NCBI GenBank assembly: GCA_963667785.2 | Contig: CAXXMU010000006.1 | Span: 128,001 to 192,000, forward strand | Length of the DNA: 64,000 nt | From: Alphaproteobacteria bacterium | Lineage (GTDB): Bacteria > Pseudomonadota > Alphaproteobacteria > UBA828 | Reading direction: 5' to 3' | In this document: positions 38,116-48,361 of the stretch, piece after piece | Position numbering within the stretch: position 1 is the first letter of the stretch | Layout of the letters: each line of letters opens with the position of its first letter | Made by a program: the position numbers and the translations under genes | The notes under the pieces: model-generated | Database searches by the model: none | Seen by the model: only the letters and a program-made list of their open reading frames with translations | Told to the model about the DNA's origin: nothing

Positions 38116-38669
38116 GCCCTCCCCGCCTGCCGCTGCCCGACGCGGACTCGCTCGACGAGGCCCAGCGACGCGTCTGCCGCGCGATCGAGAGCGGGCCGCG
38201 CGGCACGGTGCCGGCGCTCTTCATGGCGCTGCTGCACAACGCCGAGCTCGCCGATCGCATCCAGAGCCTGGGCGCCCTGCTGCGCTACCAGACCAGCCTC
38301 GCGCCCCGGCTCAGCGAGCTCGCGATCCTGGCCGTCGCCCGCCACTGGTCGTGCCAGTACGAGTGGCACTGGCATGCGGCCGAGGCGGCGAAGGCGGGCC
38401 TGCCGGACGCCGTGATCGAGGCGATCAGGCAGCGCCGCCCGCCGCCGCTCACGGCAGCCGACGAGATCGCGGTCTACGACTTCTCCTGCGAGCTGCAGGC
38501 CAATCGCGCTGTCAGCGACGAGACCTACGAGGCGGCGCTGGCGCTGTTCGGGCCGGCCGGCGTGGTCGAGCTCACCGCGCTCAACGGCTATTACGCGATG
38601 ATCGCGATGACGCTGAACGAGCACCGCGTCCCCCTCCCCGACGGCGCCGCACCGCAGCTCCCGGACTAG
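38112..38669 (+). CDS. Carboxymuconolactone decarboxylase/AhpD-like protein
   Basis: 'SGPRG', '[16 protein letters not shown]'; GTGA overlap with gpt. Confidence 0.85.
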   Translation: MSPPRLPLPDADSLDEAQRRVCRAIESGPRGTVPALFMALLHNAELADRIQSLGALLRYQTSLAPRLSELAILAVARHWSCQYEWHWHAAEAAKAGLPDAVIEAIRQRRPPPLTAADEIAVYDFSCELQANRAVSDETYEAALALFGPAGVVELTALNGYYAMIAMTLNEHRVPLPDGAAPQLPD

Positions 38670-38749
38670 CGCAGGCGGCCGCCGCTCCGTACAAGCCCCC
38701 ATCTGTCCCAGCGCCATGTCGCCTCTACGTCAGCGCGGCATCCCCACCA

Positions 38750-38839
38750 CGTCATGGCCGGGCTTGTCCCGGCCATCCACGGGAACACCCGGGTCTCGCC
38801 CGACACGACTGGATGCCCGGAACAAGTCCGGGCATGACG
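38750..38839. repeat. REP doublet, opposite orientation, no CTAG-type ends recognised
   Basis: CGTCATGGCCGGGCTTGTCCCGGCCATCCAC...TGGATGCCCGGAACAAGTCCGGGCATGACG. Confidence 0.9.
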
Positions 38840-38982
38840 GTGGGAGTGGGCGGGCGGTCGACGTCAGTCGCCACCAGATTTTGGGATTTTCTCTCACCTC
38901 GCCACAGCGTATTGTGTGGAGTGACAAATGTGGTAGGTCGTGACGACCTGCACACATGACGCCGCGAGGGCGGGGCGAGGCG

Positions 38983-39486
38983 ATGGCGATGATGCTGGCG
39001 GAGTCGGGACGCTTGGCGAGCGATGCGCTCGACGCCGTCGAGCGGGTCATGATGGACAGCCGCCTCTCCTTCGAGCGCATGGGCGACGAGGACATCACCG
39101 GCTCGTTCACGGGCGGCTGGTGCGACTACCTGCTCTGGTTCGCCTACCGCGCCGATCTCGACGTCCTGCACTTCGCCAGCGGATTCGAGATGGACATCCC
39201 GCCCGCCCGCCGCCAGGCGGTCATCCGCCTGGTCAGCCTGATCAACGAGAGCCTGTGGATCGGCCACTTCGACCTGTGGACCGAGGAGGGCCAGCCGACC
39301 TGGCGCCACGCGCTCCTGCTGCGCGGCACGCACGGCGTGGAGGAACCCCAGATCGTCGATCTCGTGACCGTCGGCGTCGGCGAGTGCGAGCGCTTCTATC
39401 CGGCCTTCCAGCAGGTGATCGGGGCGGGCCTCTCGCCCGACGACGCGCTCGCGGCGGCGCTGATGGAGCCGCGCGGGAGCGCCTGA
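38983..39486 (+). CDS. YbjN domain protein
   Basis: 'GWCDY', 'INESLWIGHFDLW', 'ECERFYPAFQ'; conserved position before proC. Confidence 0.87.
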   Translation: MAMMLAESGRLASDALDAVERVMMDSRLSFERMGDEDITGSFTGGWCDYLLWFAYRADLDVLHFASGFEMDIPPARRQAVIRLVSLINESLWIGHFDLWTEEGQPTWRHALLLRGTHGVEEPQIVDLVTVGVGECERFYPAFQQVIGAGLSPDDALAAALMEPRGSA

Positions 39487-40298
39487 TGACGGCCCCCATC
39501 GTCCTGGTCGGCGGCGGCAGGATGGGCGGCGCGCTGGCGGCCGGGTGGCTGCGCGGGCCGCTGGCGCCGGCGCAGCTCACCATCGTCGAGCCGGACGACG
39601 AGGCGGCCGCGCCGCTCGCCGCGCTCGGGGCGTCATGCGTGCCGGCGGCCTCCGCCCTGCCCGCCGCGCTCGGCCCGGCGGCGATCGTCTTCGCCGTCAA
39701 GCCCCAGGTGATGGCCGACGTGGTGCCGCTCTACGCCGGCATCGGCGGCGCGGACTGCGTGCATCTCTCGATCGCCGCCGGCTGGCCGAGCGCCCTGGTG
39801 GAGCGCGACCTCGGCCCGGTGCCGGTGGTCCGCGCCATGCCCAACACGCCTGCCGCCATCGGCCAGGGCGTGAGCGTGGCGTGCGCCAACCCGTCCACCA
39901 CGCCAGATCAGAGGGCGCTCTGCGAAGGGCTGCTTAAGGCGGTGGGCGCCGTCGCCTGGGTCGAGGACGAATCGCTGATGGACGCTGTGACCGCCGTCTC
40001 CGGCAGCGGCCCGGCCTACCTCTTCCTCCTCGCCGAATGCCTGGCGGACGCCGCCGTCGCCGCCGGCCTGCCGGCGGACCTCGCCCGCACGCTGGCCGAC
40101 CGCACGGTGAGCGGCGCAGGCGCGCTGCTGGCCCAGTCGGCGGACGACCCGGCCACGCTGCGGCGCAACGTGACCAGCCCAGGCGGCACCACCGAGGCCG
40201 CGCTCGCCGTCCTGATGGCGGACGACGGGCTCGGCCCCCTCCTGACCCGCGCGGTGCGTGCCGCCACCGAGCGCTCCCGCGCCCTGGCGCCGTCGTAG
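39486..40298 (+). CDS. proC: Pyrroline-5-carboxylate reductase
   Basis: GGGRMG, AVKPQ, RAMPNTP, TAVSGSGPAY, VTSPGGTT. Confidence 0.95.
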   Translation: MTAPIVLVGGGRMGGALAAGWLRGPLAPAQLTIVEPDDEAAAPLAALGASCVPAASALPAALGPAAIVFAVKPQVMADVVPLYAGIGGADCVHLSIAAGWPSALVERDLGPVPVVRAMPNTPAAIGQGVSVACANPSTTPDQRALCEGLLKAVGAVAWVEDESLMDAVTAVSGSGPAYLFLLAECLADAAVAAGLPADLARTLADRTVSGAGALLAQSADDPATLRRNVTSPGGTTEAALAVLMADDGLGPLLTRAVRAATERSRALAPS

Positions 40299-40378
40299 AC
40301 CTGTTCCGCTCGCGTTGACCCCCCGTTCGCAGCCGGCCTACACTTGACCGGCTGGCGGCGGCGACGAGGCCCGGAATC

Positions 40379-41032
40379 ATGGCGAGAAAAGCTGCACCTA
40401 AGGCCGGCAAGGGCGCAGAGACGCCCACGACCATCATCGAGAGCGCGCTGACACTGGCCGCAAGCCGCGGCTGGGCGCGGGTGGGGCTCGGCGACATCGC
40501 CGAGGCGGCGGGGGTCTCGCTGGCCGAGATGCGCGCGCACTTCCCCTCCAAGCATGCCATCGTCGCCGCCTATGCCGCGGACATCGACCGCGCGGTGCTG
40601 GCGGCGCGCGACCCGGAGATGGAGGGGCGCCCGGCGCACGAGCGTCTCTTCGACGTCTTCATGAAGCGCTTCGACCTGCTCAACGCCCACAAGGAGGGCG
40701 TCGGCGCGATCCTGCGGAGCTGCCCTGCGGACCCGGAGGCGGTCCTGTGCGGGCCGCTGACGCTGCGCCGCTCGATGCGCTGGATGCTGGAGGCTGCGGG
40801 GCTGAGCAGCGCCGGCCTCGGCGGCAGGCTCCGCGTCAAGGCGCTCTGCGCCCTCTACCTCTCGATGCTCCCGGTCTGGCTCCGCGACGACAGCGAGGAC
40901 ATGGCGCGCACCATGGCCGTGCTCGACCGGCGGCTGAAGCGCCTCGACGCGCTCACGCGCAGCCTCTGCCGCCTGGCCCCGAGGCGCGGCTGGTCCGGCG
41001 GCGCGCAGGCGGAGGCGGAGGCCGAAGCCTGA
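40379..41032 (+). CDS. TetR/AcrR family regulator-like protein
   Basis: N-terminal HTH 'LGDIAEAAGVS..HFPSK', 'RLFDVFMKRFD', 'TMAVLDRRL'. Candidate promoter TTGACC-N18-TACACT at 40315-40344. Confidence 0.82.
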   Translation: MARKAAPKAGKGAETPTTIIESALTLAASRGWARVGLGDIAEAAGVSLAEMRAHFPSKHAIVAAYAADIDRAVLAARDPEMEGRPAHERLFDVFMKRFDLLNAHKEGVGAILRSCPADPEAVLCGPLTLRRSMRWMLEAAGLSSAGLGGRLRVKALCALYLSMLPVWLRDDSEDMARTMAVLDRRLKRLDALTRSLCRLAPRRGWSGGAQAEAEAEA

Positions 41033-41042
41033 CCGGCGCCGC

Positions 41043-41091
41043 GCCGCAGTCGCGGCCTGTCGCGTATCCGCCAAAGACGGATACGCTTTAG
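41043..41091. repeat. Partial copy of the TA-bounded MITE at 44662 (inverted)
   Basis: 41043-41083 matches the reverse complement of 44670-44710 at 40/41 nt. Its end overlaps the TAA stop of the sensor kinase. Confidence 0.8.
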
Positions 41092-42416
41092 ACCGGCAAG
41101 CGAAGCTCGGCGCGCAGGCCGCCGAGGGCGGCGGCGCTCATGCGGATGTCGCCGCCGTGGCCGCGGGCGACGTCGCGGGCGATGGAGAGGCCGAGGCCGG
41201 CCCCGCCGGTGCGTGGGTTGCGCGCGCCGTCGAGCCGGAAGAACGGCTTGAACACCTCTTCCCGCTGCTCCTCCGGAATGCCGGGCCCGTCGTCCTCTAC
41301 CGCGACCGAGACCACGTCGTCCCGGCGGGCCGCGCTGATCGCGACCCGCGCGCCGTGATGCACGGCGTTCTCGACCAGGTTGGTCAGGCAGCGCCGCATG
41401 GCATTGGGCCGGAGTGCCACCATCAGGGGCCGCTCGACGTCGAGCGTGATCCGGTCCCCCGTGCGGTCGGCATCGCCCGCGACGTCCTCGATGATCCCGG
41501 CGAGGTCGGTGCTGACCGGCGCCTCGCCGCCCTGCCCACGGGCGAAGGCCATGTACTCGTCGATCATGTGCTCCATGAGCAGCAGGTCCTGCTCGGATTC
41601 GCCGATCTCGGCGCGCGAGCGGGGGTGCGCCTCCGCGAGCAGCGCGAGCTGGAGCCTGACCCGGGTGAGCGGCGTGCGCAGGTCGTGGGAGACGCCGGCC
41701 AGCATCTCGGTGCGCTGGCTGATCTGGCGCTGAATGCGCCCCTGCATCTCGAGGAACGCCGCACCCGCCCGCCTGATCTCGGCCGCGCCCGAGGGCTTGA
41801 GGTCGCTCACGGGCCGGCCTTTGCCGAGCGCGTCGGCGGCCGCCGCCAGCCGCCGGATCGGGCGGATCTGGTTGCGCAGGAAGAGCACCGCGATCGCGGA
41901 GACGACGATCGCCATGCCCACCATCCACAGGATGACCAGGTGGGTCGTCGTTTCGCGCATGCGCTTGACGGTGGTCGTCAGGGTCAGCACGCCGTCCGGC
42001 CGCTGCACGCGGATCGCCATCTGCTTGTCGGGCAGGCGCGAATCGAGATGGTAGGGCACGTCGAGGCGCTGATCGAGCTGGCGGCGCAGCATCTGGTCCG
42101 GAATGCTGCCGGTTCCCTCCGGCGCCACGGCGGGCAGGACCGCGCCGTCCTCGAAGACGACACCGAACTGCATTTCCCGCCGGGCGATGCCGTCGAGTCG
42201 GGCGCGCTCCTCGGGCTCGGTGGCGCCGTCCGCCATGCGCATGATGGTGAGCACGTCACCGCTCACGTCCATCGCCAGTTGGCGGCTCACCGTGTCCCAG
42301 TGACGCTCGAAGAAGATGGTGGCCACCGTGGCCTGAACCAGGACCAGCGGGATCAGCATGATCAGGATGGATCGCCAGAAGAGGCCGCGCGGCATGATCC
42401 GTCCCAGCAGCCTCAT
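41088..42416 (-). CDS. EnvZ-like sensor histidine kinase
   Basis: Two TMs, HAMP, H-box 'GVSHDLRTPLTR', N-box 'NLVENA', 'DDGPGI', 'GLGLSI'. Confidence 0.94.
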   Translation of the reverse strand: MRLLGRIMPRGLFWRSILIMLIPLVLVQATVATIFFERHWDTVSRQLAMDVSGDVLTIMRMADGATEPEERARLDGIARREMQFGVVFEDGAVLPAVAPEGTGSIPDQMLRRQLDQRLDVPYHLDSRLPDKQMAIRVQRPDGVLTLTTTVKRMRETTTHLVILWMVGMAIVVSAIAVLFLRNQIRPIRRLAAAADALGKGRPVSDLKPSGAAEIRRAGAAFLEMQGRIQRQISQRTEMLAGVSHDLRTPLTRVRLQLALLAEAHPRSRAEIGESEQDLLLMEHMIDEYMAFARGQGGEAPVSTDLAGIIEDVAGDADRTGDRITLDVERPLMVALRPNAMRRCLTNLVENAVHHGARVAISAARRDDVVSVAVEDDGPGIPEEQREEVFKPFFRLDGARNPRTGGAGLGLSIARDVARGHGGDIRMSAAALGGLRAELRLPV

Positions 42417-42446
42417 GCCGGCCGCCTCCCCGGCGAAGGGCCGGGC

Positions 42447-43181
<735 letters not shown>

Positions 43182-43226
43182 CGGCACACCGTTCCCCGCC
43201 GGCCCGGCCCCGCAGGCACGCCGCCA

Positions 43227-43709
43227 TCAGGGCCGGTCGAAGCGGCGCCTGTCCGCCTCGTCTATAATTCCCATGAGAACCTCCCGGTATCCCTCGACGG
43301 CGACGCCGCCGGCGCTGCGATAGGCCCTGGCGATGCGGGCGCGCTGGGTGGCGGACAGCCGCCCTTCCAGGCTGCGCCCCTTCGCCGTCAGCGTCAGCAG
43401 GCGGCGGCGCCCGTCGGCCGGGTCCTGCCGGGTCGTCACGAATCCCTCCCGCACCAGCCGGCCCAGCACCCGCGACAGGCTCTGCTTTGTGATCCTCAGG
43501 ATCTCGAGCAGCGCCGTGACGGAGATGTCCGGGTTGCGGCCGACGAAGTAGACGACCCGATGGTGCGCGCGCCCGAAGCCATAGGACTCCAGGATCGCAT
43601 CGCACTCGGTCGTGAAGTCCCGGTAGGCGAAGAACAGCAGCTCCATCGCCTCGTGGAGCTGGTCCTCGCGCAGGTAGAGAGGGTTCGGCCCTGCCTTTAC
43701 GTCAGTCAC
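43227..43709 (-). CDS. MarR family regulator (PetP-like)
   Basis: 'ELLFFAYRDFT', 'FGRAHHR', 'ILRITKQSLSRVL'. Confidence 0.92.
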   Translation of the reverse strand: MTDVKAGPNPLYLREDQLHEAMELLFFAYRDFTTECDAILESYGFGRAHHRVVYFVGRNPDISVTALLEILRITKQSLSRVLGRLVREGFVTTRQDPADGRRRLLTLTAKGRSLEGRLSATQRARIARAYRSAGGVAVEGYREVLMGIIDEADRRRFDRP

Positions 43710-43739
43710 ATTGACTTATATGCAGACCGATGCTAGGGA
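43701..43739. promoter_or_regulatory. GTCA-N7-TGAC palindrome over the marR start and the candidate ilvE -35
   Basis: GTCAGTCACATTGAC at 43701-43715; TTGACT-N17-TAGGGA. Confidence 0.5.
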
Positions 43740-43782
43740 GCGCAACCGCTTTCTTCCACCTCGCCGACAATCAGTGAGCGCC

Positions 43783-44664
43783 ATGGCAGACCTCATCCCC
43801 TATGACGATCGCGACGGAATCATCTGGTACGACGGGGCGCAGGTGCCGTGGCGCGACGCGAAGCTGCACGTGCTGAGCCACGGCCTGCACTACGCGAGCT
43901 GCGTGTTCGAGGGCGAGCGGGTCTATGACGGCCGCATCTTCAAGGTGGTGGAGCACACCCAGCGCCTTCTGGATTCCGCCCGCGACCTGGGCTTCGAGAT
44001 TCCTTTCAGCCTGGAGGAGCTGGTGGACGCCTCCAGGGAGATCGTCGACGCCAACGGCATTGGCGACGGCTACGTGCGCCCGGTGGCCTGGCGCGGCGCG
44101 GAGATGATGGGCGTCTCGGCCCAGCACAACACCATCCACGTGGCGATCGCGGCCTGGCATTGGCCGGCCTATTTCGGCGACGACGCGGTGCAGCGCGGCA
44201 TCAAGATGAAGACCTCGCGCTGGCGGCGGCCCGCGCCCGATACCGCGCCGGTGACGGCGAAGTGCGCCGGGCTCTACATGATCTGCACCCTCAGCAAGCA
44301 CGAGGCGGAGTCCGCGGGCTGCCACGACGCGCTGATGCTCGACTGGCGCGGCAGGGTGTCCGAGGCCACCGGCGCCAACATCTTCCTCGTCCAGGACGGG
44401 GTGATCCACACGCCGACCCCGGATTGCTTCCTCGACGGCATCACCCGGCGCACGGTCATCGCGCTTGCCGAGAAGCGCGGCTACGAGGTGGTCGAGCGCG
44501 CGGTCATGCCCGAGGAGATTCCGCGCTCCGACGAGATCTTCCTGACCGGCACCGCCGCCGAGGTCACGCCCGTCGGCGCGATCGACGAGCACAACTTCCA
44601 GGTCGGGCCGGTCACCCGCACCCTGATGGCGGACTACGCGGCGGTCGTGCGCGCGCAGGAATAG
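43783..44664 (+). CDS. ilvE: Branched-chain amino acid aminotransferase
   Basis: 'HGLHYASCVFEGERVY', PLP Lys in 'AKCAGLY', 'EATGANIF', 'LDGITR', 'GTAAEVTPV'. Confidence 0.95.
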   Translation: MADLIPYDDRDGIIWYDGAQVPWRDAKLHVLSHGLHYASCVFEGERVYDGRIFKVVEHTQRLLDSARDLGFEIPFSLEELVDASREIVDANGIGDGYVRPVAWRGAEMMGVSAQHNTIHVAIAAWHWPAYFGDDAVQRGIKMKTSRWRRPAPDTAPVTAKCAGLYMICTLSKHEAESAGCHDALMLDWRGRVSEATGANIFLVQDGVIHTPTPDCFLDGITRRTVIALAEKRGYEVVERAVMPEEIPRSDEIFLTGTAAEVTPVGAIDEHNFQVGPVTRTLMADYAAVVRAQE

Positions 44665-44828
44665 AGCATTATCCGTCTTTGACGGATACGCGACAGGCCG
44701 CGACTGCGGCCCGCCGCTTATGCGGCGCCCTCGCCGAGGCGCCGGCAGGCGCGCGGAATCGCGGGACGGCCGGCTGCCGTGAGCGACAAAGAGGCTGGGG
44801 CGTTTCCGCGAAAAGCGGACACGCTCTA
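44662..44828. mobile_element. TA-bounded MITE (~167 bp) with TAGAGC termini
   Basis: Left end TAGAGCATTATCCGTCTTT; right-end reverse complement TAGAGCGTGTCCGCTTTT; internal palindrome TATCCGTC-ttt-GACGGATA. Begins at the ilvE TAG stop. Confidence 0.7.
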
Positions 44829-44845
44829 GCCGCAAGAGACAGCCG

Positions 44846-45790
44846 TCAGGTCCCGAGCGGCAGGCGGTCGACCGCGTCGACGACCTCGCCCACCGGTAGC
44901 GCGGCGAGCGGCACCCGACGGAGCGCCGTGACCGCCTCCCCGCAGGGAGCGGAGCGCTCCGGGTCCGAGACCGCGCCGAACAGCACCACCGAGGGGCAGC
45001 CCGCCGTGGCGGCGATGTGCATGGGCCCGGTGTCGTTGCCGATCGCGCAGCGCGCGCGCCGGGCGAGCGCGGCGATCTGGCCGAGGCCGGTGCGGCCGCC
45101 GAGATCGATCGCATCCGGCGCCCGCCGCGCGATCTCCTCAAGAACCGATGCCTCCGCCTCAGCGCCCACCAGCACCGGCGGCATGCCGCGCCCGGCAAGC
45201 TCGCGTGCGAGAGCGGCGAAGCGCGCCGCCGGCCAGCGCTTCTCCGGGCGGTGCGCCGATCCTCCCGGCACGATCAGGGAGAAGGCGCCGCGCGGCGCCA
45301 GGTCCTCGACGCCGTCGTCCAGCCAGTCGAGGGACGGCGCCGGCACGCCCTCGACGCCGGCGATGCCGAGCTGCTCCGCCAAGAACGCCACCGGGTGCAT
45401 GCGGGTCCGCTCCGGATTGCGGTGCGGATGGGAGCAGCCGACGGCGATGCCGGACCACTCGGGGCGGCGGCGGCGCGGCAGCATGCGGAAGTAGAGGCCG
45501 GTGCGGCCCGAGCCCTGGAGATCGTAGACGCGGGCGAACCCGGCATCGATCAGACGTCGGCGCAGCCCGAGCCACGCGAGCGGCCCGGCCAAGACGCTCG
45601 GGCGCTCGTCGATCCAGACCTCGTCGAACCAGCCGCAGCGCGCGCCCCAGTCGGCGAAGGCCGGGGCGGTCAGCAGCGTGACGCGGGCGCCCGCATGGTG
45701 ACGGCGGATCGCCGCGAAGCAGCCGGTGGCGAGCACCCAGTCGCCGAGCCCGCCATGCTTGATGACGAGAATGCGCTCATCGCCCGGCAT
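44846..45790 (-). CDS. Glycosyltransferase family 9 (heptosyltransferase-like)
   Basis: 'ILVIKHGGLGD', 'VYDLQ', 'EKRWP', 'GNDTGPMHIAA'. Confidence 0.92.
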   Translation of the reverse strand: MPGDERILVIKHGGLGDWVLATGCFAAIRRHHAGARVTLLTAPAFADWGARCGWFDEVWIDERPSVLAGPLAWLGLRRRLIDAGFARVYDLQGSGRTGLYFRMLPRRRRPEWSGIAVGCSHPHRNPERTRMHPVAFLAEQLGIAGVEGVPAPSLDWLDDGVEDLAPRGAFSLIVPGGSAHRPEKRWPAARFAALARELAGRGMPPVLVGAEAEASVLEEIARRAPDAIDLGGRTGLGQIAALARRARCAIGNDTGPMHIAATAGCPSVVLFGAVSDPERSAPCGEAVTALRRVPLAALPVGEVVDAVDRLPLGT

Positions 45791-45857
45791 GGGATCGCCT
45801 GGGATGGCAGGGGAATGCGCGAGTCAAGGAGGCTGCCGGGCGGGCTGCGCGACGCGC

Positions 45858-46316
45858 TCACTCTGCATCGCGCCAGCGCTCGGCGGCGCGGTCGTCCGCC
45901 GCGCGCGCCGCAACCCAGCGCGCGCCGGCCTCGGTTTCCTCGCGCTTCCAGAACGGCGCCTTGGTCTTGAGCCAGTCGATGAGAAAGGCGCAGGCGTCGA
46001 GCGCGGCGCGGCGATGGGGTGCTGCGGTCACCACGAGGACGATGCGGTCACCGGGCTCGAGCCGCCCGTAGCGGTGGACGATCAGCGAGGCGGTGAGGTT
46101 CCAGCGTCGGCACGCCTCGGCCTCGATGTCCGCGAGCTGCCTCTCGGTCATCGCCGGGTAGTGCTCCAGCGTCATGGCCGTGATGGCGGGCCCGTCGCCG
46201 GCGTCGGCGCGGGTCACGCCGACGAACGAGGCGACGGCGCCGACCTCGCGATTGCCGCCGGTCAGCGCCTCGATCTCCGCGCCGATGTCGAAGTCCTCGC
46301 GCTGGACGCGGATCAC
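45858..46316 (-). CDS. moaE: Molybdopterin synthase catalytic subunit
   Basis: 'IRVQREDFD', 'LEHYPAMT', 'HRYGRL', 'DWLKTKAPFWKRE'. Confidence 0.94.
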   Translation of the reverse strand: MIRVQREDFDIGAEIEALTGGNREVGAVASFVGVTRADAGDGPAITAMTLEHYPAMTERQLADIEAEACRRWNLTASLIVHRYGRLEPGDRIVLVVTAAPHRRAALDACAFLIDWLKTKAPFWKREETEAGARWVAARAADDRAAERWRDAE

Positions 46317-46573
46317 GGCCGCGCCCCTCCGGTGACCGGCGGGAACAGCGCGACCTCGTCGCCGTCGCTGACCGCGCGATCGGGTGCGGCGAACTCCTGG
46401 TTGACCGCGACCCGGACGACCGAGAGATCCTCGAGCGCCCGCGCGTAGCCGCCGCCGCGTCCCTTGAGCCATTCGAGCAGCGCCGCCACGGTCTGCACGT
46501 CGGCCGGCAGCGCGATCTCCTCGGCGTCGCGCCCGATCTGCTCCCTGACCCAGGCGAAATAGAGCAGCGTCAT
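46313..46573 (-). CDS. moaD: Molybdopterin synthase sulfur carrier subunit (ends GG-ARP)
   Basis: 'LLYFAWVREQIG', 'RVAVNQE', 'GDEVALFPPVTGG'. Confidence 0.92.
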   Translation of the reverse strand: MTLLYFAWVREQIGRDAEEIALPADVQTVAALLEWLKGRGGGYARALEDLSVVRVAVNQEFAAPDRAVSDGDEVALFPPVTGGARP

Positions 46574-47826
46574 CGGTACATCTCGTTGAACGGCAGGAAG
46601 TCCACCATCGTGCCGGCGCTGAGCGTGGTGAGGTCTTCCGGCAGCTCGATCAGCCCGTCGGCGAAGACCGCCGAGGAGAGGATGCCGGCTCCGTCGCGCG
46701 CGAACTTCTCCGCTCCGAGGGTGCCGTCCGGCCGCGTGGAGAGCCGGGCGCGGAGCCATTCGCGCCGGCCCCGCTTCTTCCGGTAGTCGAAGTCGGCCCG
46801 GACCCGGTAGTGCGCCGGCTCGACGTGCGCGCAACCGCCCAGCCGCAGGATCAGCGGCCTTGCGAAGCGCAGGAAGGTGACCATGACGGCGACCGGGTTG
46901 CCGGGAAGCCCGATGAAGGGCACGCGACCGACCTGGCCCAGCGCGATCGGCCGCCCCGGCCGGATGGCGAGGCGCCAGAAGTGGAGATGGCCGAGCGCCT
47001 CCACCGCCGCCTTGACGTGGTCCTCGTCGCCCGTCGACATCCCACCCGAGGTAAGCAGCAGGTCGTGATCGCGGCTGCGTGCGGCCAGCGCGCCCGCGAT
47101 CACGTCCAGCTCGTCCGGCAGGATGCCCATGTCGGTGACGGCGCAGCCGAGCCGTTCGGCGAGACCGGCGATGACGTAGCGGTTGGAATCGTAGATGCCG
47201 CCCGCGCCGAGCGCCGCGCCCGGCTCGTAGACCTCGTCGCCGGTGGAGAAGATCGCCACCCTGAGCCGCCGGAAGACCGTGAGCCCGGTGCGTCCGACGG
47301 AGGCGGCAAGGCCGATGTCCTGCGGCCTGAGCGCCCGGCCGGCGGAGAGGATGGTCGTGCCGGCCGCGATGTCCTCGCCGGCGTTGCGCCGGTTGGCGCC
47401 GCGCTTGATCCCCGGCGGCACGATGACGTCGTCGCCCTCTGCGCGACAGTCTTCCTGCATCAGCACCGTGTCGGGGCCGTCCGGCATGGGCGCGCCGGTG
47501 AAGACGCGGATCGCCTCGCCGCGCCGTGCGGCCCGCCCCAGCGGATGCCCGGCGGCGGCCCGCCCGGTGCACGGCAGGCGCGTATCCGCCTCGGGCGCGA
47601 GGTCGTCGAAGAAGACCGCGTAGCCGTCGACGGCGGCGTTGTCGTGCGGCGGCACGGCGCGCTCGGCGGTGACGGTCTCCGCCAGGATGCGCCCGTTGGC
47701 CGCCCGCAGGCCGACGCTCTCGGTCTCGGCGATGGGGTGAACGACGCTCTCGAGCTGCGCGAGCGCGTCCGCCGCCGGAGTCAGCGCGCCGCCGAAGGCG
47801 AAGCAGTCGTCACTGAGCTGTGCCAT
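46570..47826 (-). CDS. moeA: Molybdopterin molybdenumtransferase
   Basis: 'MAQLSDDCFAFG', 'AVDGYA', 'FTGAPMP', 'STGDE', 'GLPGNP'. Confidence 0.95.
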   Translation of the reverse strand: MAQLSDDCFAFGGALTPAADALAQLESVVHPIAETESVGLRAANGRILAETVTAERAVPPHDNAAVDGYAVFFDDLAPEADTRLPCTGRAAAGHPLGRAARRGEAIRVFTGAPMPDGPDTVLMQEDCRAEGDDVIVPPGIKRGANRRNAGEDIAAGTTILSAGRALRPQDIGLAASVGRTGLTVFRRLRVAIFSTGDEVYEPGAALGAGGIYDSNRYVIAGLAERLGCAVTDMGILPDELDVIAGALAARSRDHDLLLTSGGMSTGDEDHVKAAVEALGHLHFWRLAIRPGRPIALGQVGRVPFIGLPGNPVAVMVTFLRFARPLILRLGGCAHVEPAHYRVRADFDYRKKRGRREWLRARLSTRPDGTLGAEKFARDGAGILSSAVFADGLIELPEDLTTLSAGTMVDFLPFNEMYR

Positions 47827-48361
47827 GGCCCGACACCGAGTCCCTCTTCCCGGCGGCCCCGCAATGCGCCACCACGAACGACGCGATCCCCGCAATGTCG
47901 TCGATATCGAAGACGGGGACCGCGCGCCCGATCGTCGCTGCCGCCGGCACCGGCCGGTCGCTGGCGACGGCGACAACGGTGGGATCGGCGGCGGCGAGCA
48001 GCGGTGCCTCGCCGGCGCCGCGGCGCACCTCGATCTTGTCGTGCCCGCCGCGCTTGTATCCCTCGATCAGGACCAGGTCGGCCCGGTCCAGCGCCTGGAG
48101 CAGCCGCTCCAGCGGCGGCTCGCCGTCATCGCCCGTCTCGCGGAGATGGGCGAAGCGGTCGGGCGCCGCCAGCACGATGTCGCGGGCGCCGGCCGCGCGC
48201 CAAGCCTGGGCCGGATGGTCGTCCGGCAGCAGGTCGAAGCCGTGGTGGGCATGCTTCACGGTGGCGACGCGCAAGCCCCGCGCCTGCAGCCGCGGCAGCA
48301 GCCGGCAGACCAGCGTGGTCTTGCCGCTGTCGCTCAGGCCCGTGACTCCGAACCGATGCAC
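47810..48361 (-). CDS. mobB: Molybdopterin-guanine dinucleotide biosynthesis protein B
   Basis: 'GLSDSGKTTL', 'VKHAHHGFD', 'LIEGYK'. Confidence 0.9.
   Translation of the reverse strand: MHRFGVTGLSDSGKTTLVCRLLPRLQARGLRVATVKHAHHGFDLLPDDHPAQAWRAAGARDIVLAAPDRFAHLRETGDDGEPPLERLLQALDRADLVLIEGYKRGGHDKIEVRRGAGEAPLLAAADPTVVAVASDRPVPAAATIGRAVPVFDIDDIAGIASFVVAHCGAAGKRDSVSGHGTAQ

Noticed and set aside
26404-38839. Repeats with variable spacers as a CRISPR array
   Set aside because: The copies are dispersed kilobases apart and inverted in pairs, and there are no cas genes. They are REP-like.
38903-38938. NrdR-box-like palindrome CACAGCGTATTGTG upstream of ybjN
   Set aside because: Weak match and no ribonucleotide reductase gene nearby.
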